This document shows, in pieces, positions 29,545-39,113 of a stretch of 64,000 nucleotides of DNA. Every line of letters starts with the position of its first letter. The first letter of the stretch is position 1. Source of the DNA: a virus (lineage: Duplodnaviria; Caudoviricetes); IMG/VR virus record IMGVR_UViG_3300028591_000180, positions 10,505 through 74,504 of that record. One strand, given 5' to 3'. The notes under the pieces were generated by a model that saw only the letters and a list, made by a program, of their open reading frames with translations, made no database searches and was not told the DNA's origin. A program made the position numbers and the translations under genes.

Positions 29545-31464
29545 ATGAATAAAAATGTTTTTAAAATGTTCTTAAATGAGGACTTGGCTGATAAAGAATT
29601 AGATGAAGCTTTACCTAAGGATTTAGCTAAAGCCTATGATAATTCTAGTGTAGGACCTGATAAAAGAAAATATATTGGAAAGAATGGCCAAAAAATAGAC
29701 TGGCAGAATGTTAATTATGAGCCGCTTACTGTTGACCAGGGTAAAGAGCTTTGGAAAACTGATCCTTCTAAGTTGATTTTAATTATTCAGGACCGTAGCG
29801 GTAATGATAGAGTAGTTAAGTTTAGAGAAGATGGCAAGGTAGATATTGATCCTGCTTATGGTAATTACAGATTTGATTTACCATTATCCAATGCTTATGT
29901 AAAAAGAGATGGAACTAAGGTTGTTGATGTTTTCAAGGCAAAGATTAATCACCTATTAAGTATCGCCAAGAAGATTTATAAAGGTGATGAAAATGTTTAT
30001 AGAGATCAAGCATCTTTAGATGCTAGGGCTGCAAATCCAGAATCTCCACATTATGCTGGATTAGATAAATCTGAGATTATTTCTAAATTCCAGGCTGTTA
30101 ATTCTAATGATTTACTACGTAAATTAAAAGCTAGAGGAGGCCAGTGGGCTGAAAATATAGCTAGATCAGTAATCCCAACCAGTGCTACTGGGTATGATAT
30201 AATTAAATGGGATCCAGTTAATCATGTCGCTATAGTGTCCGGTTCTTATGGTGGAGCAGGTAATGCTGATTACTGGCTAGAAAAATTCTTGGAATATTAT
30301 AAACGTTGGAGCTCAAGTGATGGTGATACTTGGCGTGCCTGGTGTGCCTATTTATTAGCTAAACAAGATGGTGATACAACTTATCGTAATCCAACCGAAG
30401 CAGAAATTAGAAGATGGTATAATATTTCCACTAACCCTGAGAAAGATTTAAATGCTAGAATTAGGTATCTTGATGTTGAAAAAGTTTTATCAGAACCTAA
30501 AGAAAGAGTAAAGCAATCTATTGAAGATGCTAAAAGGTTAGAGAGAAATTTAGAAAATGCTCAAAGTAAAAAATCTAATTTTACTTCACCTGAAGCTAGA
30601 CAAAGCCGCGAATCTGATATTACTTATTATATTAATAGATATAAAGATAGGCTAATGACCATCCTTGCTGAGCTTGAAAAATATGAAGGTAAAATGGATG
30701 AACTAGATGCATCTGATGCTAGAAGAATTAGTGAATATGATAAGGAGATCTCAGATATCTCTCAGAAGCTTTCTGATGCTAAGGCAGAATATGGAAAACT
30801 CATGAGTGGTGGTGCATACAAGAATTCACCATTCGGAAAACCAGTACCTGAAAGTTTAACTGAAGAAAAATCACTTGATGAATTAGTAGATCAGATTATT
30901 GGACATCGTGATAATCAATTAGAAAATTTAAATGAAGATCTTGATGGAGACAGAGTTTCTGCTTTGGCTGAATTTTTAGATATTAATCCAGATGATATTT
31001 CTGAGGTTTCTGAGAATGATTTTAATACTCCCGAGGGTGAATATTTAGTTTTAACTGAAGAAGAAGCCCATGACAGAGCTGTTGATGAAATTAAAATGTT
31101 ATTTGATGATATGGGTTTAAATGCTTTCACCCCTGAATTCCAGGAGAGAATTACTAATGAGTTCTTATCAGAAGATGAGATCGATAATTTTATCGAAGGC
31201 GAAATTGAATATTATTCAACAGAAGAAGATGACCAGGAAGCTTTAGAAAGATTACGTAATTTATCAACAAAGGCTGATAAAATTAATTATATTAAAGAAG
31301 TATTTGGTGATTTAGCTGATTTTGTCAGAGATCCTGATTATATTGATATTGATGCCGTAGCAGATGAAGCTATTAACCAGGATGGTGTTGCTCATTTCAT
31401 CGCTTATTACGATGGTGAAGAAAACGAGCTAGGAAATGGGTTCTTAGCTTATAGAGTTAATTAA
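29545..31464 (+). CDS. multidomain hypothetical protein with LxE linkers and a coiled coil
   Basis: MFLNE..ELDEA N-terminus, ESLTEE and NLNED linkers, acidic C-terminal module. Confidence 0.7.
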   Translation: MNKNVFKMFLNEDLADKELDEALPKDLAKAYDNSSVGPDKRKYIGKNGQKIDWQNVNYEPLTVDQGKELWKTDPSKLILIIQDRSGNDRVVKFREDGKVDIDPAYGNYRFDLPLSNAYVKRDGTKVVDVFKAKINHLLSIAKKIYKGDENVYRDQASLDARAANPESPHYAGLDKSEIISKFQAVNSNDLLRKLKARGGQWAENIARSVIPTSATGYDIIKWDPVNHVAIVSGSYGGAGNADYWLEKFLEYYKRWSSSDGDTWRAWCAYLLAKQDGDTTYRNPTEAEIRRWYNISTNPEKDLNARIRYLDVEKVLSEPKERVKQSIEDAKRLERNLENAQSKKSNFTSPEARQSRESDITYYINRYKDRLMTILAELEKYEGKMDELDASDARRISEYDKEISDISQKLSDAKAEYGKLMSGGAYKNSPFGKPVPESLTEEKSLDELVDQIIGHRDNQLENLNEDLDGDRVSALAEFLDINPDDISEVSENDFNTPEGEYLVLTEEEAHDRAVDEIKMLFDDMGLNAFTPEFQERITNEFLSEDEIDNFIEGEIEYYSTEEDDQEALERLRNLSTKADKINYIKEVFGDLADFVRDPDYIDIDAVADEAINQDGVAHFIAYYDGEENELGNGFLAYRVN

Positions 31465-31475
31465 GGAGAATAATT

Positions 31476-31811
31476 ATGACTATTAATGGAATCGATGTTA
31501 CACCTATTATTAAAGCAGTAATTGAAGTGTTAGCCAGTGTTTTAGTAACTTTGATTGCTACTAAGATTATCCCATGGCTTAATTCAAAATTTGAAAAAGA
31601 TCAACTTGAATTTATTAAGTCAGTTGTTAAGGTTGCTGTTAGTGCAGCTGAGCAATTATATGACAAGGCCCAGGGTGCTGAAAAACTAGAATATGCCATT
31701 AATTTTGTTGTCACTGCTTTAGAAGAAAAGGACATTATTATTGATAAAGAGCTTTTGAGGACTTATATTGAGGCTGCAGTATTAGAGTTACATAAAGCCT
31801 TAGAGGTTTAA
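31476..31811 (+). CDS. LL-H-like phage holin
   Basis: N-terminal TM helix, VKVAVSAAEQ, GAEKLEYA, IEAAVLEL. Confidence 0.75.
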   Translation: MTINGIDVTPIIKAVIEVLASVLVTLIATKIIPWLNSKFEKDQLEFIKSVVKVAVSAAEQLYDKAQGAEKLEYAINFVVTALEEKDIIIDKELLRTYIEAAVLELHKALEV

Positions 31812-31812
31812 T

Positions 31813-32562
31813 ATGGAGTTGAATGAATTTAAATTAAATCAGGATCCTGAGTATTTAGCTGACTTCGAGATGGAACTAGAAGACCTCAAAGACATTATTG
31901 ATACTTGGGGACCTGATAGCTTATATGCAGTACCTTATAGCAGATTTAAAAGAGATTATCCTTTATTTGCTAAAGCCATTGTTGAATCATTCTTAGTTGA
32001 TATGGGAATTTTAACTCAGAATGAAATTTCTGATATTGATAACTTAGGTGATGAAGATGGTAATTATTGGAAGACCGGAAGATTAATTAGACCAGAAGAA
32101 GATTGGCCGACTTTAATTGATGGTGCTGAGAGGTTATTGACTTTCCGTAAGGATAAAGGAATTCAATGGGAAAAGATATACCCTAAACATGTCGGTGTTG
32201 ATAAACCAAGTGGTGATAATTCTATAAACGAGGATATGGAAACTCTTGATGATGAAGTTTATCCTATTATTAAAGAATATTTTGACTGGTTTTTAGATCC
32301 AACTGAAAATGAGTGGCTGGCTGATCAAGCTGCTGAAAAAGGCGTAGATTTCTTTGATGAGGCTAGATCCTATTTATTCGAAGAAGACCCTGAAGAGGTA
32401 TGGAGAGATCCTGAGGTTGGTATTATTGATACTGGCTTATTAGAAAATGAAGAACTAGCTGATATTTGAAATAGTATCCCAGATGAAGATCTTGATGAGT
32501 TCTATAATAAGTTAATTACTATGTCAAAGGATTATGCTAAACAAGTCTTAGACTCAAAATAA
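31813..32562 (+). CDS. acidic hypothetical protein (TGA=Trp extended)
   Basis: TGA 32467 readthrough (ADI-W-NSIP) reaches TAA 32560-32562, followed by a terminator. Confidence 0.7.
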
Positions 32563-32589
32563 ATTTTATAAAATTTATAATAAATAATT

Positions 32590-32617
32590 GGACTGTAGTT
32601 TACAGTCCTTTTATTTT
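32590..32617 (+). terminator. terminator hairpin with TTTACA overlapping loop and stem
   Basis: GGACTGTA-GTT-TACAGTCC followed by a T tract. Confidence 0.75.
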
Positions 32618-32657
32618 TGACCTATAATAATAATGTAAATAAAGGAAGGTACTGAAG

Positions 32658-32819
32658 ATGTTTGAATTAAGACACACTGATGAAAAGAGAAGCTATGATG
32701 ATCTAGTTCTTTCAACTAAAACGATGCCGTGGTTACATTATCGTGATTTAGTTAAGGCAGCTGAGTCTTTATCAAAAGACAATAAAGGTATTTTCTATAT
32801 TAAAAGAATTAAAGAATAG
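32658..32819 (+). CDS. small hypothetical protein (53 aa)
   Basis: Own promoter/SD cassette at 32623; ATG 32658 to TAG. Confidence 0.55.
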   Translation: MFELRHTDEKRSYDDLVLSTKTMPWLHYRDLVKAAESLSKDNKGIFYIKRIKE

Positions 32820-32860
32820 TTTACTAAACTATGTATAATTTATTATAATAATAATGTAAA

Positions 32861-33010
32861 AGGAGCCCTCCGGTAATCTTAGGATTGACGGTGAAAGACG
32901 GAATATCTTCGGATATTGTTGAAAGTAAGGATGCGTCCAGAAATCATTAACGCGAAAGGCAACAAAATATATTAAATTAAAAGAAAGTTAGTTTCGAAAC
33001 TTTCTTTTTT
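32861..33010 (+). ncRNA. candidate structured non-coding RNA of unknown family
   Basis: Promoter at 32844, no ORF, three stems including AATATC-TTCG-GATATT, terminator at about 32980-33010. Confidence 0.5.
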
Positions 33011-33048
33011 ATTATATAATAATAATGTAAATAAAGGAGGTAACTCAG

Positions 33049-33258
33049 ATGTACAAGACCACCTGGACAGTAAAAGACTTAACCACAAATATCACTAATG
33101 AAGTGGTATTATATCATCTGGGTAAAGAACCAAAATTCCCAGTTCAGTACTTAAAAGAAAATAGAGTCTATGAGGTTGAAATGATCTGGAATTTTAAGAT
33201 TAACTTTACACTAAATTCACTCATTAAGTGCTTAATCCCTCAGTGTGAAATAAGATAA
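33049..33258 (+). CDS. hypothetical protein
   Basis: Promoter/SD cassette at 33015-33040. Confidence 0.55.
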   Translation: MYKTTWTVKDLTTNITNEVVLYHLGKEPKFPVQYLKENRVYEVEMIWNFKINFTLNSLIKCLIPQCEIR

Positions 33259-33517
33259 TATGAAAAAATCAAAGGTTCGAGATCTGTGGATACCACAATC
33301 CTGGCGTTATAATGGCAGCGGGTTTCATAAGAATAAAAAGAAAATAATTTTTAGAAAAAGAAAATACAAGGAGAAAGAAAATGAAAATTAGTGAAAGAGT
33401 TTTAAAAAAGGCTATCTGGTGTGAAATCTTATCTGGGTTATTATTAATCTCTGTAGTTTCATTGGCCCTTACAATTTTCTAAGAAAACTAATTAGTTTTC
33501 TTTTTTAATGTTATTTA

Positions 33518-33534
33518 TTGCTAAATTAAATATA
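33518..33534 (+). promoter_or_regulatory. putative late promoter TTGCTAAATTAAATATA
   Basis: Identical 17-mer after the terminator at 33481-33506. Confidence 0.65.
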
Positions 33535-33566
33535 AAATTATAGAAAAAATTATTTGGGAGGCATAT

Positions 33567-34424
33567 ATGAAAAGATTGTCTGAAGAGATGGACGTCGATA
33601 AGGTATATTTTAACAAATTATCTGAGGAAGAAGTAGAAAAGTCTTCTGATGAGATAAAGAAGGAAGCTGAAAAAGATCTTAAAGATGGTGTGGAAGTTGC
33701 TGCAGAAGTTAACAACCCCAAGGGAGTTGAAACACCTAAAGAGGTAGAAGTTAAGGTTTTAAAGGAGCAGTTAATTCTTAGTGAAGAATTAGATGAAGAT
33801 GAATATTTTGATTTAGTTTCTGAATTATTCCAGGCCATGCAAAAGGTTTGTAAGAATTGGGCTAAGTATTCCGCTGTAGATTATGAAGATTTCGAGAGAG
33901 CTATTTCTGAGGCCTCAGAACGTTTAATTGAAATTGAGCCTGAATTGTGGGAATCATTAAAAAATAATAGTGTAGAAGAAGCTTATTATTCAGACCGTCC
34001 AATTAAAGAAATTGCTAGTGAAGTTAGAGGTTCTCTAAAATCATTCATTGATAGTTTAGTTAAAAAGTATGGTGCTAAAGTAATGAGGTCAGGCACAATT
34101 CAAGGTATCTTCAGAGATGAACCTTCAAAAATCTTATATAAATTACAGGATGTTAAAGTTGATGAATCATGTGACGATGAAACACCTTTAGAAGAAGATT
34201 TTAAGGTGATTAGTACTTTAAATAATTTTAAACCTTGGTCAGGTGCAGTCGATACCTGGAATACCATTAAGGATGCCGGAATGTTAGATTCTCTTGATTC
34301 ATTATTAGAAGAAATTTATCCTGAGGGATTAGATGAAACTGAGTTAAATGATTTACTGTGGTTCGAACCTGAATGGATTTTAGATTCTCTTGGCTTAGGA
34401 GATGGTACTGAGGATGAGGAATAA
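33567..34424 (+). CDS. acidic modular protein with LxE linkers
   Basis: MKRLSEE start; LSEELDE, SVEEA, VDES and PLEED linkers; C-terminal FKPWSGA...ELNDLLWFE module. Confidence 0.7.
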   Translation: MKRLSEEMDVDKVYFNKLSEEEVEKSSDEIKKEAEKDLKDGVEVAAEVNNPKGVETPKEVEVKVLKEQLILSEELDEDEYFDLVSELFQAMQKVCKNWAKYSAVDYEDFERAISEASERLIEIEPELWESLKNNSVEEAYYSDRPIKEIASEVRGSLKSFIDSLVKKYGAKVMRSGTIQGIFRDEPSKILYKLQDVKVDESCDDETPLEEDFKVISTLNNFKPWSGAVDTWNTIKDAGMLDSLDSLLEEIYPEGLDETELNDLLWFEPEWILDSLGLGDGTEDEE

Positions 34425-34728
34425 ATTATTATTAGAAGAGGCTGAAGATTTCGAAGCAGAAGTTTCTACAGAGGAAGCTCAGCCTATTTCTGATGAAGTC
34501 ATTGATGAATTTAATATTCAGGCTATGATTTCATCACTCATTAAGGATACATGGGGATTAGTAGATACCATTAATGGTATCCAGATGACTCTTGAAGATA
34601 AGAGTGAAGAAATTAATGCTACTTTAAAGGAAATTGTTTCAGACGAGTATATGCATATTGGGCAGTTAGAAAAAATTATCCAAGCGATTAAACCTGAAGC
34701 TATTAACTTGGAGGTAGAAGTTAAATAA
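34414..34728 (+). CDS. possible ferritin-like helical protein
   Basis: MRNKLLLEE leader; DEYMHIGQL (ExxH). Confidence 0.5.
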   Translation: MRNKLLLEEAEDFEAEVSTEEAQPISDEVIDEFNIQAMISSLIKDTWGLVDTINGIQMTLEDKSEEINATLKEIVSDEYMHIGQLEKIIQAIKPEAINLEVEVK

Positions 34729-34746
34729 TGATTAGGGGAAACGACT

Positions 34747-35229
34747 ATGGATTTCAAAGAAATTACTTTGGGCGACATTGCTGTATTATTAGGGTTGATT
34801 GCTGCTTTCTGGGCTTTTTTAAAAATGGTAAAAGAGATAAAGAAACCACGGGAAGATAAAGATAAGAAAATTGAAGCTGACTTAAAAGATCACAAAGATA
34901 CATTAAATAAACATGAAAATATCTTAAATGACCACACAGTTAAATTAGAGAAAATTGATTCTTCATTGGATCTTATATCTAGTGATATTAAAGAATCTTC
35001 TGAGTATACTAAAGAAAGCGATGACCTTATTAAAGCGGCATTGTGTTCAATGCAAAGACAATCTTTATTAAATGAATGTGAGAAATGCATTAAAAATGGA
35101 TTTGCTACTTTAGAACAAAAGGAAACCATAACTTCTCAGTATGATTCATATCATGCTTTGGGCGGCAATAGTTTTATAACTAAGTTATATGAACAGATGA
35201 TGGACCTCCCTCTTAGTAAAGGAGAATAG
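34747..35229 (+). CDS. membrane-anchored, lysis-module-associated protein (often annotated as holin-like)
   Basis: N-terminal TM helix, coiled coil, YDSYHALGGNS..TKLY..MM.LP. Confidence 0.6.
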   Translation: MDFKEITLGDIAVLLGLIAAFWAFLKMVKEIKKPREDKDKKIEADLKDHKDTLNKHENILNDHTVKLEKIDSSLDLISSDIKESSEYTKESDDLIKAALCSMQRQSLLNECEKCIKNGFATLEQKETITSQYDSYHALGGNSFITKLYEQMMDLPLSKGE

Positions 35230-35577
35230 ATGGCTAATTATATAGTTTGAAAGAATCATGTGGTCTCTATGGTCAGAGGAGATTATTTTAATATGAAAGT
35301 TGATCTTCCCGAAGACTTAATTAAAACCGGAAGTAAGCTTTATTTTGCTTTGATGTACCCCAATAAATCTTTTGAAGACGCAATCTTAATTAGAAGTTAT
35401 GATATCGACCTATCCAATACAGAAGATTCTGATGTCTTAGTACCCGAAATTATTTTACTGCCTGATGATACTGTTGATTTAGCTCCTGGAACTTATTATT
35501 ATACGGTTAAGATAGAATTACCGGATGAGAAAGTTTATACAATTATCCCAAATACAATATTTAATATAATTAATTAA
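35230..35577 (+). CDS. BppU-like/baseplate-associated structural protein
   Basis: ATG 35230 directly after the upstream TAG; TGA 35248=Trp; SMVRGD, PGTYYYTVK. Confidence 0.55.
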
Positions 35578-35591
35578 AGGAGGTTTTCTGT

Positions 35592-36071
35592 ATGGTAACA
35601 ATAAAGAATAATAAAATTGTGATGACCAGAGGAGATTCTCTTAATGCAAAAATTGGCATAGTTAGAAATAAATTTACTAAAAGCAAATCGATTGATACTA
35701 ACCCAACTCCTGATGGTAGAGAATTTTTAACACCTGAAGACCTAGAGGGCTGCAGACTAAGATTTGCTATGAGTGAATTTTATCCAGGTGATTTAAATTA
35801 TAAATTACTTTTAGCTAAGGAATTACCCACTCAAACTATGGCTTTAATATTAAACCCAGAAGATACAAAAACAATTCCACTGGGAATTTATAACTATGAT
35901 GTTAAATTAATTTCTCCGCCTGAATCTCCAGCTGATAGAGAAAAGGTTGATACTTTTATTTCAGGTACAATCCAGCTCTTAGGTGATTGTGAAGGAGAAG
36001 AAAGTTTATTGGATAGCAATTCATTTTCTTTTGATTATGATTATGATTATGATGATTATGACGGTGACTAG
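35592..36071 (+). CDS. BppU-like structural protein (paralogue of upstream gene)
   Basis: IVMTRGDS, GIYNYDVKL, DTFISG. Confidence 0.55.
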   Translation: MVTIKNNKIVMTRGDSLNAKIGIVRNKFTKSKSIDTNPTPDGREFLTPEDLEGCRLRFAMSEFYPGDLNYKLLLAKELPTQTMALILNPEDTKTIPLGIYNYDVKLISPPESPADREKVDTFISGTIQLLGDCEGEESLLDSNSFSFDYDYDYDDYDGD

Positions 36072-36083
36072 TGAGGTGAGATT

Positions 36084-36962
36084 ATGGGAATCTCAAATAG
36101 AATTAATAAGGCTGAATTATCTGGCTTTTTAATTAATGAAAACTTAACTGCCTCAGGAGAACTAGTCAGCGATAACTTAGGTACTGGTGGATTAATAACT
36201 ATAGGTGAAAAAGGAATTGATGGCTATTCACCTATTGTAACAATAGAAGAAGTTGAGACAAGCGAAGGCCTTATCGGACATTCTATTAATATAACTGATA
36301 TTGAAAACCCTTTAGTTGGAAAAACATTTTTTGTTTGAAACGGGGTTGGAATATCTGGAGTTACTTTAAACCCAGATTATACATTAACTATTTCCTTTAA
36401 TGACGGAACTAGTTATACTACTATTCCTATTCGTGGTGAAACTGGTAATGGTATTGACCAAATCGTAAAAACTTCAACCTCCGGTTTAGTCGATACCTAT
36501 ACCATTTATTTTACGGATGGAACTACAACTACTTATCAGGTAACTAACGGTCTAGGTACTCTAGATTATAATGAGTTAGAAAATAAACCATCCATTAATG
36601 GAGTTACTCTTACTGGAAACAAATCAGCTACTGATTTAGGTATTCAAGATAGATTAACTTCAGAAAATGCAGGTGAAGGGATTGATATTACCACAGATCA
36701 ATCCGGTAAAGTAATTATTTCAAATACTAATGTTTCTGCTGAATGAGGAAATATTCAAGGAAACATTACAGATCAAGAAGATTTAATAGATTATATAAAT
36801 CAGCACTCAGGAAGTTATACTGCTGGCAATGGAATTCAAATTGTAAATAAAGTTATTTCTATTAAGGATTTAATTCTTGATTGTGGTACTAGTACTGGCT
36901 GGCCAGGATCTAATGTAGCGATTGTTGGTTCAGCTATAGTTGGAATTAATGTTACAGGGTAA
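36084..36962 (+). CDS. tail fibre-related protein (TGA=Trp x2)
   Basis: Readthrough at 36336 and 36744 gives DYNELENKPSINGV.L.GNK and W-GNIQGNITDQEDL fibre motifs; TAA 36960-36962. Confidence 0.75.
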
Positions 36963-36966
36963 AAAT

Positions 36967-37278
36967 ATGGATACTGTCAATGTTAGAATAAAATTAAAAA
37001 GAGATACTACTGAAAATTGGGCAAAAGTCCAATCTACTTTTATCCCCCTTGAAGGTGAGATGATCATCTACACTGACTTTCGTCATGAAGAATATATTGA
37101 CGGAAATGGTGAATTAAAAACCAGAAATATTCCAGCTTTTAAAGTAGGAACAGGGAATGCTTATTTAGGCGATTTAGCTTTTTCAGTAGTTACTCCAGAA
37201 GAAATTGCTTTTTGGAATAACAAATTAAATCTCATTGATGATATTGAAGATGAGAAATTAATATTCACTAGAAATTAA
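36967..37278 (+). CDS. Mtd-N/hyaluronidase-N-like fibre adaptor
   Basis: RIKLKRDT.ENW....PLEGE...FKVG.G. Confidence 0.65.
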   Translation: MDTVNVRIKLKRDTTENWAKVQSTFIPLEGEMIIYTDFRHEEYIDGNGELKTRNIPAFKVGTGNAYLGDLAFSVVTPEEIAFWNNKLNLIDDIEDEKLIFTRN

Positions 37279-37296
37279 AGGAGAGAATGATAAAAT

Positions 37297-38625
37297 ATGC
37301 CAGAAATTAGTAAAGTGCAATTACCTTCGGGTGGTATATATGATATTAAAGACGCGACAGCCAGAGAAATGATTTCTGGTGGTGTTTCGTTTATCATCGC
37401 TTGGAATGGCACTTCAACTCCTGTTCCAGGTAATATCCCGGCTGGAGTAAAGGTTGTTTATAATGGTACTACCTATACCGGCACTATGTCAGCTGCTTCT
37501 GCTGAGGTTGGTGCATTTTATTTAGTTAGGTCTTCTACAAGTACTTCAGAAGGTCCTTTAGATGTTTATGACGAATATGTCCCCATTGGCCCTTCAGGAA
37601 GTAAATCATGGGAAAAGATTGGTGATACTCAATTAGATTTATCTGATGTAGTTACTAATGTTTCTTTAAATAAACAAACAGATGTTGTATTAGGAGAATC
37701 TACTACATTTACAAATTCTACTTCAGCTGTTACTTTTTCAGGCGGTACAAATGATGTAGCTCTAGGTGAAAATACAACATTTGCTTTAACAAGTGGGGCT
37801 GTAACTCACGGTAGCTTATCTGGCCATACTGATACCGTTTTAGGAACAGGAACAACTTTTTCAGTTACAGATCCTACAATTACTGTCACTCCAGCTCAGA
37901 CTTATTTAGGTGCTAGTGCTAGTGGAACTGCTGTTGGAGCTGATGGTACTGCTACTGTCGTAACTGGATATGCTTCCCCCACAACTGATACCTTTGTTAA
38001 ATCTGTAAGTGCTGAAACAAATAAAAACTTAGTTACAACAACTGTTCCTAATGTTACTGATCCTGGAAGTGCTTCAACCTGGACTTTCACCATGGGAACT
38101 GGAGATGCAGCAGAAACTTTAATTATTGGTGGAGCTAATAGTGTTGCTCCTCAGATGGGAACTGCCATTACTGTTGCTACAGGTTCTACTTCAACAACAG
38201 GTACAGGAGATGCTGTTGTAACTGGTGTAACAATTGGATCAAGTGCTGCAGCTATCACTGGTCTTGGTACTGCAAGCACAGAAACTGTCTTGACTGGTGT
38301 AAAAGTTACTGCACAGCCTACCATTTCATTATCTTCAAATGCTTCTACGGCTACTGGAAGAGTTCAGGTAGCTACTGGTATTTCAAGTGCTTCTGCTTCC
38401 GGTGGAGCTGTTTCCGCTAGTGGTGATAATGTTACGGCCATTGTAAGTATGCCTACAAGTACAGTTGGTACAGACATTACTGTTGGTACAAATGATAAAG
38501 TAACTGCAATTACAAATATTGGAACAGGTACTGCAGCTGCTCAAACAATTACTGTTGGTACAAATGATAAGGTTACTTCATTAACTAATGATACTTCATT
38601 GATTGTTACAAAGGGTAATAATTAG
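37297..38625 (+). CDS. Thr/Ser/Gly-rich fibre or decoration protein
   Basis: ISKVQLPSG.IYDIKD N-terminus; low-complexity beta-rich repeats. Confidence 0.7.
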   Translation: MPEISKVQLPSGGIYDIKDATAREMISGGVSFIIAWNGTSTPVPGNIPAGVKVVYNGTTYTGTMSAASAEVGAFYLVRSSTSTSEGPLDVYDEYVPIGPSGSKSWEKIGDTQLDLSDVVTNVSLNKQTDVVLGESTTFTNSTSAVTFSGGTNDVALGENTTFALTSGAVTHGSLSGHTDTVLGTGTTFSVTDPTITVTPAQTYLGASASGTAVGADGTATVVTGYASPTTDTFVKSVSAETNKNLVTTTVPNVTDPGSASTWTFTMGTGDAAETLIIGGANSVAPQMGTAITVATGSTSTTGTGDAVVTGVTIGSSAAAITGLGTASTETVLTGVKVTAQPTISLSSNASTATGRVQVATGISSASASGGAVSASGDNVTAIVSMPTSTVGTDITVGTNDKVTAITNIGTGTAAAQTITVGTNDKVTSLTNDTSLIVTKGNN

Positions 38626-38637
38626 GAGGAATAGAAT

Positions 38638-39021
38638 ATGAGCTATGTAAAAAATACTTGGGCTACGGGTGATGTAGTTACCGCCGACAAACTTAATCAT
38701 ATCGAGGACGGCATTGCTAGTGCAGGAGGTATTCTGCCAATCGGTGTAACCATTGATACAGATCCTATCACATCATCAACCGTACAAACATTAGACCATA
38801 CCTGGCAGGAGATTTATAATGCGGCACAAAATAAAGTGTATCCAGTAGTGTTTAAATTAGTTGGTGGTGACATAAAATTGCTTCCGGTGGCAGCTACTTA
38901 TGGTAACGATAGAGATGGGTATACCGTAGTCGTTACTGATCCTTTAGATAATGACTTTATTATAAGTTACCAGTGTACGGAGGCTGATGAATATCCGCGC
39001 TACATCGCAGGCGGTAAATAG
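38638..39021 (+). CDS. structural protein, MSYVKNTW..GDVVTADKLN type
   Basis: Typical phage fibre N-terminal motif KLNHIEDGI. Confidence 0.65.
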   Translation: MSYVKNTWATGDVVTADKLNHIEDGIASAGGILPIGVTIDTDPITSSTVQTLDHTWQEIYNAAQNKVYPVVFKLVGGDIKLLPVAATYGNDRDGYTVVVTDPLDNDFIISYQCTEADEYPRYIAGGK

Positions 39022-39113
39022 AAAGTACCCTAGTTAAGTCGAGAGTGTAGAATACCGTTATAAATATATCAAAAAATGAATTTAATTAATAAAAGAAAGA
39101 GGAGTGAGTTATT

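Noticed and set aside
33260-33335. Possible tRNA (GGTTCGAG resembles a T-loop)
   Set aside because: I could not build an acceptor, D or anticodon stem; the region reads as a short basic ORF.
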